Positions 21,564-30,348 are shown, counted from the stretch's first letter. The stretch: 64,000 bases of DNA from Phormidesmis sp. (GCA_965248535.1 CBDFJR010000005.1:2272001-2336000), one strand, 5' to 3'. Program-made: numbers and translations. Notes: generated by a model from the sequence alone, not told the origin.

Positions 21564-23006
21564 TTAGTAGACTCCACTCCACGATCGCAGAATTGGCAAC
21601 ACAAACGAAATCGGCGATTGTTCAGAGACTTTGACCCGCACTGAGGTCGTCGTGCCGGAGGTGATTTCGGTGTCAGGGCCCTTTGACGACGACCAGCGAA
21701 ACTGGCTTTTGGTCGTGGGGTCTGGCTGAAGCTCTGCAAATACTTGAATCTGTGCATCTTTAGTAGTCAACCCCTGCAAAACTTCAGCACCGCCTACAAC
21801 ACTCGATGCACCCTCTTTGGTCACTGGAAAGGCAGACACGTTGGTCACGGTGGCCACAATGCCCCCAAAGCGTTCTCGCTTGACCGTGGAGGGCGTAACT
21901 TGCAGTTCCATCCCTTTCTGGATTTTTTTGCCCTCACTGACGGGGAAAAACATCACCCCAACTAGCTTGCTATTAGCATCTTGAGCCTCAATTGTGCCCA
22001 TGCGTCCACCCTCTTGCAAGGTTTGTCCTGGCACGACGACAACTTCTAATACTCGCCCATCAAAGCTACTGGTGACTTGACTATTGCCTTTGAGTTGCGA
22101 TTGCAATTGCACGATCGCGCGTTCGGTCTCTTGAATTTCTTTTTGACGATTCGTTGCAATGGCTGAATCTTGTTCGGCTTGCCCTGCTGATCTTGTATCC
22201 AAAGTCGATAATTGAGCCTGTAAATCTTTACCCGCATTGACGTTTTCTAGAAACTGTCGCTGGGCATCGGTTTCTTTAACATTCAACTGTTTCAGTTCCG
22301 ATTCAATTTCACCGATTTTAGACTTGCTATTGAGAAATTCTTGCTGTGCCTGAAGCACGGTGTCGCTCGAAACCGCGCCCTCTCGACGCAACTGCTGCCG
22401 CAGTTCAAACCGTTGTTGAAAGGTGGGCACTAATTCTCGCGTCGTCTGCAATTGTTGCAGCAAGGTTTGCCGCTCTTGCCGAATCGAGTCTAATCCTTTC
22501 TCCCTCAAAATCGGCGCGATCGCTTGCGTTGTCTCTAAGCTTTGCAGCAGTGCTTGCCGCTGTTGTTGAAGAGCACCTTTATCTAAAACCGTTCGCTGAA
22601 ATTGCAGCGAGGTGGCTGTGCGATCTTGCTCTTGCAGTTGACTGAGTTTTCCCCGCGCCAAATTCAGCTTTTCTTGCAGATCAGTTTGGTCGATCGTGGC
22701 GATTATCTGCCCTTTTGTGACCCGATCGCCTGGATGAATAGTCAAACTCAAAATCTTCCCAGAACTAGGAGACTGAAATGCGGCAACTTTGCTTGGAAAC
22801 ACGAGCACTCCCTGCCCTGCAATGGTAATGGGAATGCGACCGAAAACACTCCAGATCAAGCCAACAGCAATCAAAGATCCCATCGCAGCTAACGGAATCC
22901 ATTTCTTAGGCTGAACGACCTGCATCAGTTGATCAAGCCGCTCTGGAGACGATAAGCGATCGAGCGCTTCTTTTCGGAACAGGTTGCTTTTGGGAGTCGT
23001 GACCAT
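21564..23006 (-). CDS. NHLP bacteriocin system secretion protein (HlyD-like membrane fusion protein)
   Basis: LFRKEALDRLSSPERLDQLM N-terminus, TM, long coiled coil, WSSSKGP..PISFVLP C-terminus. Confidence 0.93.
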   Translation of the reverse strand: MVTTPKSNLFRKEALDRLSSPERLDQLMQVVQPKKWIPLAAMGSLIAVGLIWSVFGRIPITIAGQGVLVFPSKVAAFQSPSSGKILSLTIHPGDRVTKGQIIATIDQTDLQEKLNLARGKLSQLQEQDRTATSLQFQRTVLDKGALQQQRQALLQSLETTQAIAPILREKGLDSIRQERQTLLQQLQTTRELVPTFQQRFELRQQLRREGAVSSDTVLQAQQEFLNSKSKIGEIESELKQLNVKETDAQRQFLENVNAGKDLQAQLSTLDTRSAGQAEQDSAIATNRQKEIQETERAIVQLQSQLKGNSQVTSSFDGRVLEVVVVPGQTLQEGGRMGTIEAQDANSKLVGVMFFPVSEGKKIQKGMELQVTPSTVKRERFGGIVATVTNVSAFPVTKEGASSVVGGAEVLQGLTTKDAQIQVFAELQPDPTTKSQFRWSSSKGPDTEITSGTTTSVRVKVSEQSPISFVLPILRSWSGVY

Positions 23007-23070
23007 GATTCCATTCCAATAACTGAATTTTATAGTTAGCAATTAAGTCAACGTGATTTCCAGTGTTAAC

Positions 23071-24168
23071 TCAATTGCCTCGAATCTGCTTGAGCATCCA
23101 ATCAAATCGAGTGCCCGCTAGCGTTACCTGAGCCAAAAACCCAGAACTCAACTCATCCTCATAGGTGAAGCGCTCATCTAAGGATTGACCCGCGCTATAG
23201 GTGATTCTGCCGTAGCCCAGCCGATTGATAATGCCCTGCTGTTTGTCCGCCAACAAAATCGCCAACACCCGATAAAATCGAGCCGCAAACCCCTGATCGT
23301 GCAGCAGCTTTGCAGCTAGGTGCCAGCGTGGAATTGACAGCACTGTGGCATCGTCGATCGCGCGAATCGTCATCGCCGGAGGACTCGCTTCCACAAAGGG
23401 CGTTTCGCCTACCATGTCACCCCGCGATAACTTGGCAAACTCTCGCTCGACTTGATCAGTGTTTTCCAAACTCGAAAACGCACGCATGAGCGGATTGCTG
23501 ACATCCTCCGCGATCGCTGCTGCCATTTTGCCATCTAGCAGAATGTGCAGTGCATCAACAGGTCTTCCAGCATGAACTAAGACCGATCCCGCCGGAATTC
23601 TTGTAGCAGTGCCCGCAGCAATCATCCAACCGATATCACTATCGTTTAATTCTGCAAACGTAAAGAGAATTTCTCGAAGTTGAGGCTGACACAAAACCAC
23701 TGTGCTGTGACCGATTTGGCTCACCATCTGCTCTAATCGGTGGGCTAACAGCACCGCGATCGCCCGATAGAAATGAGCCGCAAACGGGATGTCAGTCTGC
23801 ATTTTCTCGATCAACTGCTGCTGCGGAACCACCAAGACCAGCGACTTTCTGACGGCTTTAACGGTAGTAGATGATTGATGAGAGGCTAAGAACGGCATCT
23901 CACCCACGACTTCTCCGCTGGCGAGTCTGGCGATTTCCCGCCCCGACAGTTCACCCCCTTCGAGGGCAGCAAACGCTCGCCCGATCGGGTTATCGTCAGC
24001 CTGAGCTACTGAAACGGTCAAGGCACCATCCAACAAAATATAGAGAGCATTCACGGGCATTCCTTGGCGGATCAGAGTGGTGCCAGCCGCAATTTCTTCT
24101 CTCCGGCCCGTTGCTAAGATCCAGTCAATATCGCAATTACTCAATTCCTTCAATAGAACTTCTGTCAT
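23071..24168 (-). CDS. Protein of two tandem cNMP-binding domains
   Basis: Repeated ELSNCDIDW / ELNDSDIGW..ALYILLDG / ALHILLDG..GEVVGEMPF / GDMVGETPF..FAAHFYR / FAARFYR. Confidence 0.88.
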   Translation of the reverse strand: MTEVLLKELSNCDIDWILATGRREEIAAGTTLIRQGMPVNALYILLDGALTVSVAQADDNPIGRAFAALEGGELSGREIARLASGEVVGEMPFLASHQSSTTVKAVRKSLVLVVPQQQLIEKMQTDIPFAAHFYRAIAVLLAHRLEQMVSQIGHSTVVLCQPQLREILFTFAELNDSDIGWMIAAGTATRIPAGSVLVHAGRPVDALHILLDGKMAAAIAEDVSNPLMRAFSSLENTDQVEREFAKLSRGDMVGETPFVEASPPAMTIRAIDDATVLSIPRWHLAAKLLHDQGFAARFYRVLAILLADKQQGIINRLGYGRITYSAGQSLDERFTYEDELSSGFLAQVTLAGTRFDWMLKQIRGN

Positions 24169-24373
24169 AGTTTGATGTCCTCTTGGGTTGCGAACGGGCG
24201 AAGAATGGGAACAACTCATTTGAATCATTTGAACAGTAGGCACCCCCAGCAATCTCGATCAGTTCTTGAACCCACGCTATGGATTAATCGCACGGTGTGG
24301 TTTCCATTAGCATGGTGTGTTCTGGTTAGGTTGTTTGCTTGGTTCAATCAATCTGATCAATTAATCTGATCAA

Positions 24374-24673
24374 TTAATCTGAACCTTCGATCGCGGCTGC
24401 ATTTCCCAGCAATCCGCCCAGAAATTCCAGATCCTCCGCACTCGCATCTGTAATGACGATTTGCAGCCCTGCCGACTCTATGGTTTCTGCCGAAAACGCA
24501 GATTTTGAAGAGCCACACCCTGCCCCGCCAGTCTCTTGAGAAAGCGAGACATTGGACTGCCGAAAAAAGGCTGCGTTTAACCGCAGATTAAGACCGCCTG
24601 ATACATCATCTAGCTCCTGATCGGATAGCTCGGCAAACGTCGGATCGGTGGGCTTTATTTCGTGGTCTGACAT
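24374..24673 (-). CDS. Double-glycine-leader precursor peptide 4 (72-aa core; cyanobacterial tandem bacteriocin-like)
   Basis: Leader ELSDQELDDVSGG; AAGGAG RBS; adjacent to PCAT operon. Confidence 0.85.
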   Translation of the reverse strand: MSDHEIKPTDPTFAELSDQELDDVSGGLNLRLNAAFFRQSNVSLSQETGGAGCGSSKSAFSAETIESAGLQIVITDASAEDLEFLGGLLGNAAAIEGSD

Positions 24674-24732
24674 AGTTGCTCCTTTAAGTCGTTTGGTAAG
24701 GGCACAGCCGAGCCATGCCCCCTCGAAATCGA

Positions 24733-24951
24733 TTATTTACCCGTTTCTTCTTCTTCAAAGATTGAGGCGCTAAAGTCGTCTGTCGATTGGAATAGAGTGC
24801 TGCGAACTCCATTGCGATTGGCTTCAAGCGTGCTGATCTGCACATCTTGTAACTCTGTGGTAGAAGCCGCTGCTCTACGATGTGCGCCGCCCGCAACAAT
24901 ATCGAGTTCTTCAGAAGTCATTTCCATGACGATGTGGGATTCTGTATTCAT
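24733..24951 (-). CDS. Double-glycine-leader precursor peptide 3 (50-aa core)
   Basis: Leader EMTSEELDIVAGG; AGGAG RBS; paralogous to neighbours. Confidence 0.88.
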   Translation of the reverse strand: MNTESHIVMEMTSEELDIVAGGAHRRAAASTTELQDVQISTLEANRNGVRSTLFQSTDDFSASIFEEEETGK

Positions 24952-25018
24952 TGAGATCTCCTAGGATAATGGGTAGATAGTTGAGTCAGTTTCAGTGAAT
25001 TTAGAGCACAGGCAGACC

Positions 25019-25231
25019 TTAGTGGCCCGTTTCGGTAAACTCAACGATCGCAGCTTTAAAGTCGTCGGTTTGTTGAATGTTGGTGCTGTGAACTCCGTCG
25101 CGATTGGAACTGAGGTTGCTCAGTTGCACATCAACCAGTTCTTGGGTTGCAGCCGCTGCTGCTCGTCTTGCACCGCCTGCAATGATATCGAGATCTTCAG
25201 CAGACAATTCTACGGGCTTGTTGTTAGACAT
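25019..25231 (-). CDS. Double-glycine-leader precursor peptide 2 (50-aa core)
   Basis: Leader ELSAEDLDIIAGG; AAGGAG RBS. Confidence 0.9.
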   Translation of the reverse strand: MSNNKPVELSAEDLDIIAGGARRAAAAATQELVDVQLSNLSSNRDGVHSTNIQQTDDFKAAIVEFTETGH

Positions 25232-25283
25232 GATGGTTCTCCTTAAGTGTTGTTGGATTGCAAAGAGTAATGAGAGTTCAGAG

Positions 25284-25314
25284 AGAGGGGATTGATCCTA
25301 AAATAATCCCCTCT
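25284..25314 (-). other. Intercistronic stem-loop between precursors 1 and 2
   Basis: AGAGGGGATT / AATCCCCTCT perfect 10-bp stem, 11-nt loop. Confidence 0.6.
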
Positions 25315-25340
25315 ATAAATAGATGACCCAGACAGTAGAA

Positions 25341-25556
25341 CTATTTGCCTGTCTCGGTAAACTCAACGATCGTGGCTTTAAAGTCGTCGGTTTGTTGAAT
25401 GTTGGTGCTGTGAACTCCGTCGCGATTGGAACTAAGATCACTCAGTTGCACATCAACCAATTCTTGGGTTGCAGCCGCTGCTGCTCGTCTTGCACCACCT
25501 GCAACGATATCAAGTTCGTCAGCAGACATTTCCATGGGCTTGTTATTATCAGACAT
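25341..25556 (-). CDS. Double-glycine-leader precursor peptide 1 (50-aa core)
   Basis: Start at MSDNNK after AAGGAG; leader EMSADELDIVAGG; core 47/50 identical to peptide 2. Confidence 0.9.
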   Translation of the reverse strand: MSDNNKPMEMSADELDIVAGGARRAAAAATQELVDVQLSDLSSNRDGVHSTNIQQTDDFKATIVEFTETGK

Positions 25557-25734
25557 GATGGTTCTCCTTATTGTGTGTGTTGCTGTGTGTAATGGCTCAA
25601 GTAGAAATGTTTTGGTGAACTGGTTTGTTCCGTTCCTGCTTGATGTCCTAAGAATACGAATATGAACCCGCAATCCACATCTGAAAAACGTCTAGGATTC
25701 CTTCTAAGCGAAGTAAGTAGATGCCCTCTAACTT

Positions 25735-25786
25735 TCGTTGCTCTCCTAGAAGAGCGACTGAGACTTTCGCCATAGGTGAGCAACGA
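25735..25786. promoter_or_regulatory. Long imperfect hairpin upstream of precursor array
   Basis: TCGTTGCTCTCCTA / TAGGTGAGCAACGA 14-bp stem (1 mismatch) enclosing a GCGA/TCGC inner stem. Confidence 0.45.
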
Positions 25787-25949
25787 TCGTCCCCTCTAAA
25801 GTGATGGATCGGTGCTTAAAACAGTGCATTCAGTCCAGAGTGCTGTATGAATAGACAATGAAAGCTGTAATCAGAAATCAGTGCCGCTTTAATGATTCAT
25901 GATCATTCAACTATTCTCAACAATGTTGTCTATATAGACAGGAACAGCA

Positions 25950-27014
25950 ATGTTAAATCGATTTAAACTTGCAACCAAATTCACCCTATTGCTATCGCTG
26001 GTGTTTGTCGGTGCGATCGTGGTTAGTGGGGTCGCGTTCTCTCACGTCCTAGAACAGAAAGCCGAATCTGAAATTAGCTACCGTAGCCAAATTTTAGTAG
26101 AAACTATGAACTCGGTGAGAGCCTTCACAAACAAAAATATTAGCCCACTGCTCATGCCGATGGTAGAGACTCAACCGACCTTTGTTCCTGAAACGATTCC
26201 CAGTTTTGCAGTCAGAGAGGTGTTTGAAAATCTTCGCAAAAATGAAGACTATAAAGACTTTTTCTATAAAGATGCGCTGCTGAATCCAACCAATTTAAGA
26301 GATAAAGCAGATGAGTTTGAAGCCAGTCTCACTAAGCGATTTCAGAGCGAACCAGACCTTAAAAATATCTCTGGTTTTCGAGATTCTGTGGGTGAAAAAC
26401 TATTCTATAGCGCTCGTCCATTTTCAGTCAAAAATGCAACGTGTTTGCGCTGCCACAGCACACCAGGCGTAGCTCCAAAAAGTCATGTTGCCAGCTATGG
26501 GTCAGAAAATGGCTTTGGGTGGAAGCTGCACGAAGTTTTAGGTAGCCAGGTGATTTATGTTCCTGCGAGTCAAGTATTTAATGATGCCAATCGAGCATCT
26601 TTGTTAATCATGACGATCTTCGTTGGCATTTTTGCACTCGTCATTTTGTTGATTAACTATTTGCTCAAGCGAAATGTGCTGCAACCGATTAAACCGATGG
26701 CACAACTCGCCCAAAAAATTAGTATGGGTGAGGTTAGCGCTGAAGAAGCGGCAGAGTTTGAACATGAAAAGCTAGCCCCGATCGTCAAACGCAATGATGA
26801 ATTAGGTCAATTGGCACGAGTGTTTCAACGGATGGTGCATGAAATATATGCCCGTGAGCAACAACTCAAACAACAATTGCAAAAACTGCGTCTTGAAATT
26901 GACGATAACAAGCGAGCGCGTCAAGTCGCTGAGATTGCCGAATCAGAATCGTTTCAAAAGCTCCAAGAAGAAGCAAAAGCCATGAGACATAAACGCGATG
27001 CTGACCACGAATAA
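25950..27014 (+). CDS. DUF3365 (Tll0287-like haem c) sensor with HAMP and coiled-coil tail
   Basis: Two TM, LNPTNLRDKADEFE, CLRCH haem-binding motif, DELGQLARVFQRM HAMP; no catalytic output domain. Confidence 0.85.
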   Translation: MLNRFKLATKFTLLLSLVFVGAIVVSGVAFSHVLEQKAESEISYRSQILVETMNSVRAFTNKNISPLLMPMVETQPTFVPETIPSFAVREVFENLRKNEDYKDFFYKDALLNPTNLRDKADEFEASLTKRFQSEPDLKNISGFRDSVGEKLFYSARPFSVKNATCLRCHSTPGVAPKSHVASYGSENGFGWKLHEVLGSQVIYVPASQVFNDANRASLLIMTIFVGIFALVILLINYLLKRNVLQPIKPMAQLAQKISMGEVSAEEAAEFEHEKLAPIVKRNDELGQLARVFQRMVHEIYAREQQLKQQLQKLRLEIDDNKRARQVAEIAESESFQKLQEEAKAMRHKRDADHE

Positions 27015-27079
27015 GCACGATTTCTAATCATCCTTTTTTGAGTTAGTTCCACTAGTTGTTTTACCCTTGAGGATTCACC

Positions 27080-27889
27080 GTGTCTGAAATTATCTCGATC
27101 CATTCATTTCGTGGCGGAACAGGTAAGTCAAACGTAACGAGCAATCTTGCTACTCTCCTCGCTCGCTCTGGAAAACGAGTTGGCGTGGTCGATACCGACA
27201 TTCAATCACCCGGAATTCACGTCTTATTTGGTCTTGAAGAAGATCGCATTCGCTACACGCTGAATGATTATTTATGGGGTCGTTGCACTATTGAGGAAGC
27301 CGTTTATGAGGTCACTCCTACTCTCAAGCAGAAACCATCTTTTTTTGGTCGCCAAGGTAGTGTTCATCTGATTCCTTCTAGCATTAAGATGAGCGATATC
27401 TCTCGCATTCTGCGCGAAGGCTATGATGCTCGGTTGCTCAATGATGGACTGCGTGATCTCGTGCGTCGCTTAAAGTTAGATTATCTTCTGATCGATACTC
27501 ATCCCGGTATTAACGAAGAGACACTATTGTCGATTATTCTCTCAGATACCTTTATCTTGATTCTGCGACCAGACAAACAAGACTATCAGGGAACAGCCGT
27601 CGCGATCGACGTTGCCCGTAAGTTAGAAGTGCCTAAGATGCTGCTGGTTATCAACAAAGCATTGCCCTCTCTAGACTTTAAAGAATTAAAGCTGCGAGTC
27701 CAAAACACCTACGAAGCTCCGGTTGCAGGGATTCTTCCAGTCTGTGAAGAGATGTTTGATCTGGGGAGCAGCGGGATCTTCTGTCTGCGCTATCCCGATC
27801 ATCCCTGGACGCGAGCAGTTAACGAAATCGTGCAGCAAATCACAGGTTCCAGTTCACTTAAACAATCGAACGGGTTTTTGTTGAAGTAA
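27080..27889 (+). CDS. MinD/ParA family ATPase
   Basis: IISIHSFRGGTGKSN deviant Walker A, VDTDIQSPG, LIDTHPG. Confidence 0.88.
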   Translation: MSEIISIHSFRGGTGKSNVTSNLATLLARSGKRVGVVDTDIQSPGIHVLFGLEEDRIRYTLNDYLWGRCTIEEAVYEVTPTLKQKPSFFGRQGSVHLIPSSIKMSDISRILREGYDARLLNDGLRDLVRRLKLDYLLIDTHPGINEETLLSIILSDTFILILRPDKQDYQGTAVAIDVARKLEVPKMLLVINKALPSLDFKELKLRVQNTYEAPVAGILPVCEEMFDLGSSGIFCLRYPDHPWTRAVNEIVQQITGSSSLKQSNGFLLK

Positions 27890-28783
27890 CGTCACCGTCT
27901 CCCGCGTATCGCCTGGGAAAATGGCTCTCACCCGCTCGACTACAGAAATCATGTAGGTGTAGTCTGCAACAGGCGCATTGGTCACAAACTCCGCTTCTTG
28001 AGCAACTACAGACGGCGTTTCGCTTAAAATCTTGCGAATCGATTCTTGAGCCTTACTCTCGATCGTAGGACTGATCAACACCGCCCCAGTCGGCACTGTG
28101 TGAACATCCGTCAACACAATCCGCAAATTAAGGGGAGTAACTTGACTTTTGTAGGTCTCAAATTCTTCTAGCGACACGGCACCAACGGCTGCTTTGCCTT
28201 GAGAAACCGCTTCTAAAATCGCCTTGGGCGTGGGAGGAAAGATCAGTTCAGCCAGCGTTAACCCATACAAATTAAAAATCGGAAGGTAATATCCTGTGGC
28301 TGAACCTGGCTTTCCAAGCGCGACTGACTTACCCGCGATCGCGCCAATCTCTCGAATCGGGCTATCATCTCGCACGACCAGCACTGAGCGCAACTCCTGC
28401 ACCCCAATCATCGGAAAGAGAGGCCTATATTGATGGTGCGCGATCGCGATTGCGGCTAACCCTGGCGGTGCAAAAACCAGCGACCACTCCTGACGTTGAA
28501 TTCTCTCTAAAGCCCTGCCTTCGTTGAGAGCAGGTTCTAACTCTACCAGCGACTGAGTTTTTTCACTGAGATAGTGTTTGAAGCGATCGTATCGATCAAG
28601 AGATTGACGGCCCTCTTCATAGCTGACGGTTCCTACCACCAGCGATCGCCGTTGCGGCGAAGGAAGTGTCGCTTGGCAGGAAGACAACAACAATAAACCG
28701 AGAAACCCACGACGAGAAAGCCTGAGAGGTAAGCCTGAACTCAACAATCTAATTGCTCTGTGGGCAGTTGCGTTAGTCATCAT
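27854..28783 (-). CDS. PhnD/phosphonate-type substrate-binding lipoprotein, orphan
   Basis: SRRGFL..LSSC Tat-like/lipobox; SVLVVRDDSPI and GSATGYYLP motifs. Confidence 0.8.
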   Translation of the reverse strand: MMTNATAHRAIRLLSSGLPLRLSRRGFLGLLLLSSCQATLPSPQRRSLVVGTVSYEEGRQSLDRYDRFKHYLSEKTQSLVELEPALNEGRALERIQRQEWSLVFAPPGLAAIAIAHHQYRPLFPMIGVQELRSVLVVRDDSPIREIGAIAGKSVALGKPGSATGYYLPIFNLYGLTLAELIFPPTPKAILEAVSQGKAAVGAVSLEEFETYKSQVTPLNLRIVLTDVHTVPTGAVLISPTIESKAQESIRKILSETPSVVAQEAEFVTNAPVADYTYMISVVERVRAIFPGDTRETVTLLQQKPVRLFK

Positions 28784-29062
28784 GTCTTTACTCTGCTAGT
28801 TGCCGATCTAAAAGAATGTCTGAGAAGTCTTTCATCGTTATTCCGCCTCAATAGTGCCCCGCCCGAAATCTACTTTAGGGAGAGCTAGCAGCAAAGAGGC
28901 ATTAAGCGTTTTGTGGCGTTGCTAAATCACGGGATGAATGGTTCCATAAATCCCCCAATGCTGAGGTTCAAAGTTCCCCAGAGTGAGGGACTGAGGGGGC
29001 GAGAGGATTAACAACTTGCACAGATTCATCGGTTTTTCAAGCGCTAAAAGCCCCAGTTAACC

Positions 29063-29171
29063 AGACCTCCTGCATCAATAAAATGCTGACAGAAATTCCC
29101 CAATTCTAGGGGAACCGGAGTTCAAAATTCTCCAGAATTGGGGAGCATGTCCAGATTCGCGCAGGAGGGTT
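29063..29171. mobile_element. MITE-like element with imperfect AGACCTCCTGCA terminal repeats
   Basis: Left AGACCTCCTGCATCAAT, right ATTCGCGCAGGAGGGT; related ends at ~5683, ~39706, 45222-45249 (27/28 nt match) and ~62285. Confidence 0.6.
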
Positions 29172-29184
29172 ATTCTGGCGATGA

Positions 29185-29889
29185 TCAGTCAGTTATTCCT
29201 AGCCTAGTGGTGAGAGTCTGTTTTTCGCTTGACGTTGCATTCGCATAAATGGCAAGCTGCGATCGGTTTTTCAAATTAAGGCGGTTGAGAATACTCGTGA
29301 CGTGAGTTTTAACAGTGCCTTCTGTAATGTATAGCTGTTGAGCAATTTCACGATTGGTCGCACCTACAGCTAGCAGGCGCAATACTTCTTGTTCTCGTGC
29401 AGTCAAGTCTGATGATTTGAGAGAAGAAGAGCTTTGATGGGGTGAGTCTGCGGGCGCGTCAGTTGATAGAAGTTTGTCAAACAACCCGGGCCCAAACTGA
29501 GTATAGCCATAATATCCAAAGCGGATGGCATCGGCTAATTCTTTTGAGGGCATATCTTTGAGTAAATAGCCTTTTGCCCCTGCCCGCATTGCGCCTGCTA
29601 GATAAGAATCATCATCAAAGGTGCTTAAGATCAGAACTTTGATATTAGGAAAGTTTTGCATAATATGTTTTGTAGCAGTTCGTCCGTCCATTTCGGGCAT
29701 CCGAATATCCATAAGCACCACATCGGGTTGCAGGGCGGCGACTAGTTCTAGAGCGACTTTGCCATTCTCAGCATCGCCCACCACTTCTAAGTCAGATTCT
29801 TGTTCTAGCATGGCTTTGAGTCCCTGACGAATCAGGCTTTGGTCATCAACAATCAACAGACGAATGGTGGGGGAGTCATCGCTTTTCAT
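29185..29889 (-). CDS. NarL/LuxR family response regulator
   Basis: VDDQ..DVVLMDIRMP receiver; LTAREQEVL..TVKTHV HTH. Confidence 0.93.
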   Translation of the reverse strand: MKSDDSPTIRLLIVDDQSLIRQGLKAMLEQESDLEVVGDAENGKVALELVAALQPDVVLMDIRMPEMDGRTATKHIMQNFPNIKVLILSTFDDDSYLAGAMRAGAKGYLLKDMPSKELADAIRFGYYGYTQFGPGLFDKLLSTDAPADSPHQSSSSLKSSDLTAREQEVLRLLAVGATNREIAQQLYITEGTVKTHVTSILNRLNLKNRSQLAIYANATSSEKQTLTTRLGITD

Positions 29890-29934
29890 GAGAGCACCTT
29901 GTTTAGTCGGAATTCACGATCGAGCGCACTTCAA

Positions 29935-30348
29935 TCAAGCTTCAATAAGTTGAGCGATGCCGTGCAGCGATCGGGTTTGATAAGCTTCAACTTGTCCATC
30001 AACTCGGCGCACTCCGCTTTGTTGTGGCAATCGTCGAGTAGTCGTAATGATCTCCGCTTGGATGGCTTGCTCCATCACACCAGCGGGTAGATAGACTGTG
30101 GGCAACAGCAGGGTCAACATAATTTCGTTTTTTTGGTCGAGGTCAAACACGAGGGTGACGGTGACGAGTCTACCGATCTCCGTTGCCAAGAGATGAATGT
30201 CGTCACCGCTAAACTGGTAGAGGCGATCGAGACAGGTTGTTTGATAATCTAGTTCAGGAATTCCAGTTTGGCGGTTGATCGAATACTTAATATGGGTGTC
30301 GTTGTCGTGAAGATTAAACTCATTAGGTTCAAAAACTGGGTGACTCAT
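29935..30348 (-). CDS. Hypothetical protein, paralogue of 45359-45757
   Basis: Shared F.GD.I....EIG.LVTVTL, LLP.V.L, GQ.E.Y....L.GIAQL pattern. Confidence 0.75.
   Translation of the reverse strand: MSHPVFEPNEFNLHDNDTHIKYSINRQTGIPELDYQTTCLDRLYQFSGDDIHLLATEIGRLVTVTLVFDLDQKNEIMLTLLLPTVYLPAGVMEQAIQAEIITTTRRLPQQSGVRRVDGQVEAYQTRSLHGIAQLIEA

Noticed and set aside
24350..24382. 13-nt tandem repeat AATCTGATCAATT at the end of precursor 4
   Set aside because: Looks like a local slippage duplication around the stop codon, with no evident function
24374..25556. Lanthipeptide or azole-modified RiPP assignment
   Set aside because: Three cores lack Cys, no modifying enzyme is present, and the leaders are short rather than Nif11- or NHase-like
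25341..25673. 110-aa version of precursor 1 in the ORF track
   Set aside because: The RBS and paralogue alignment place the start at 25556
25700..25800. Known c-di-GMP or c-di-AMP riboswitch
   Set aside because: GAAA-containing segments are present, but I could not match the consensus architecture
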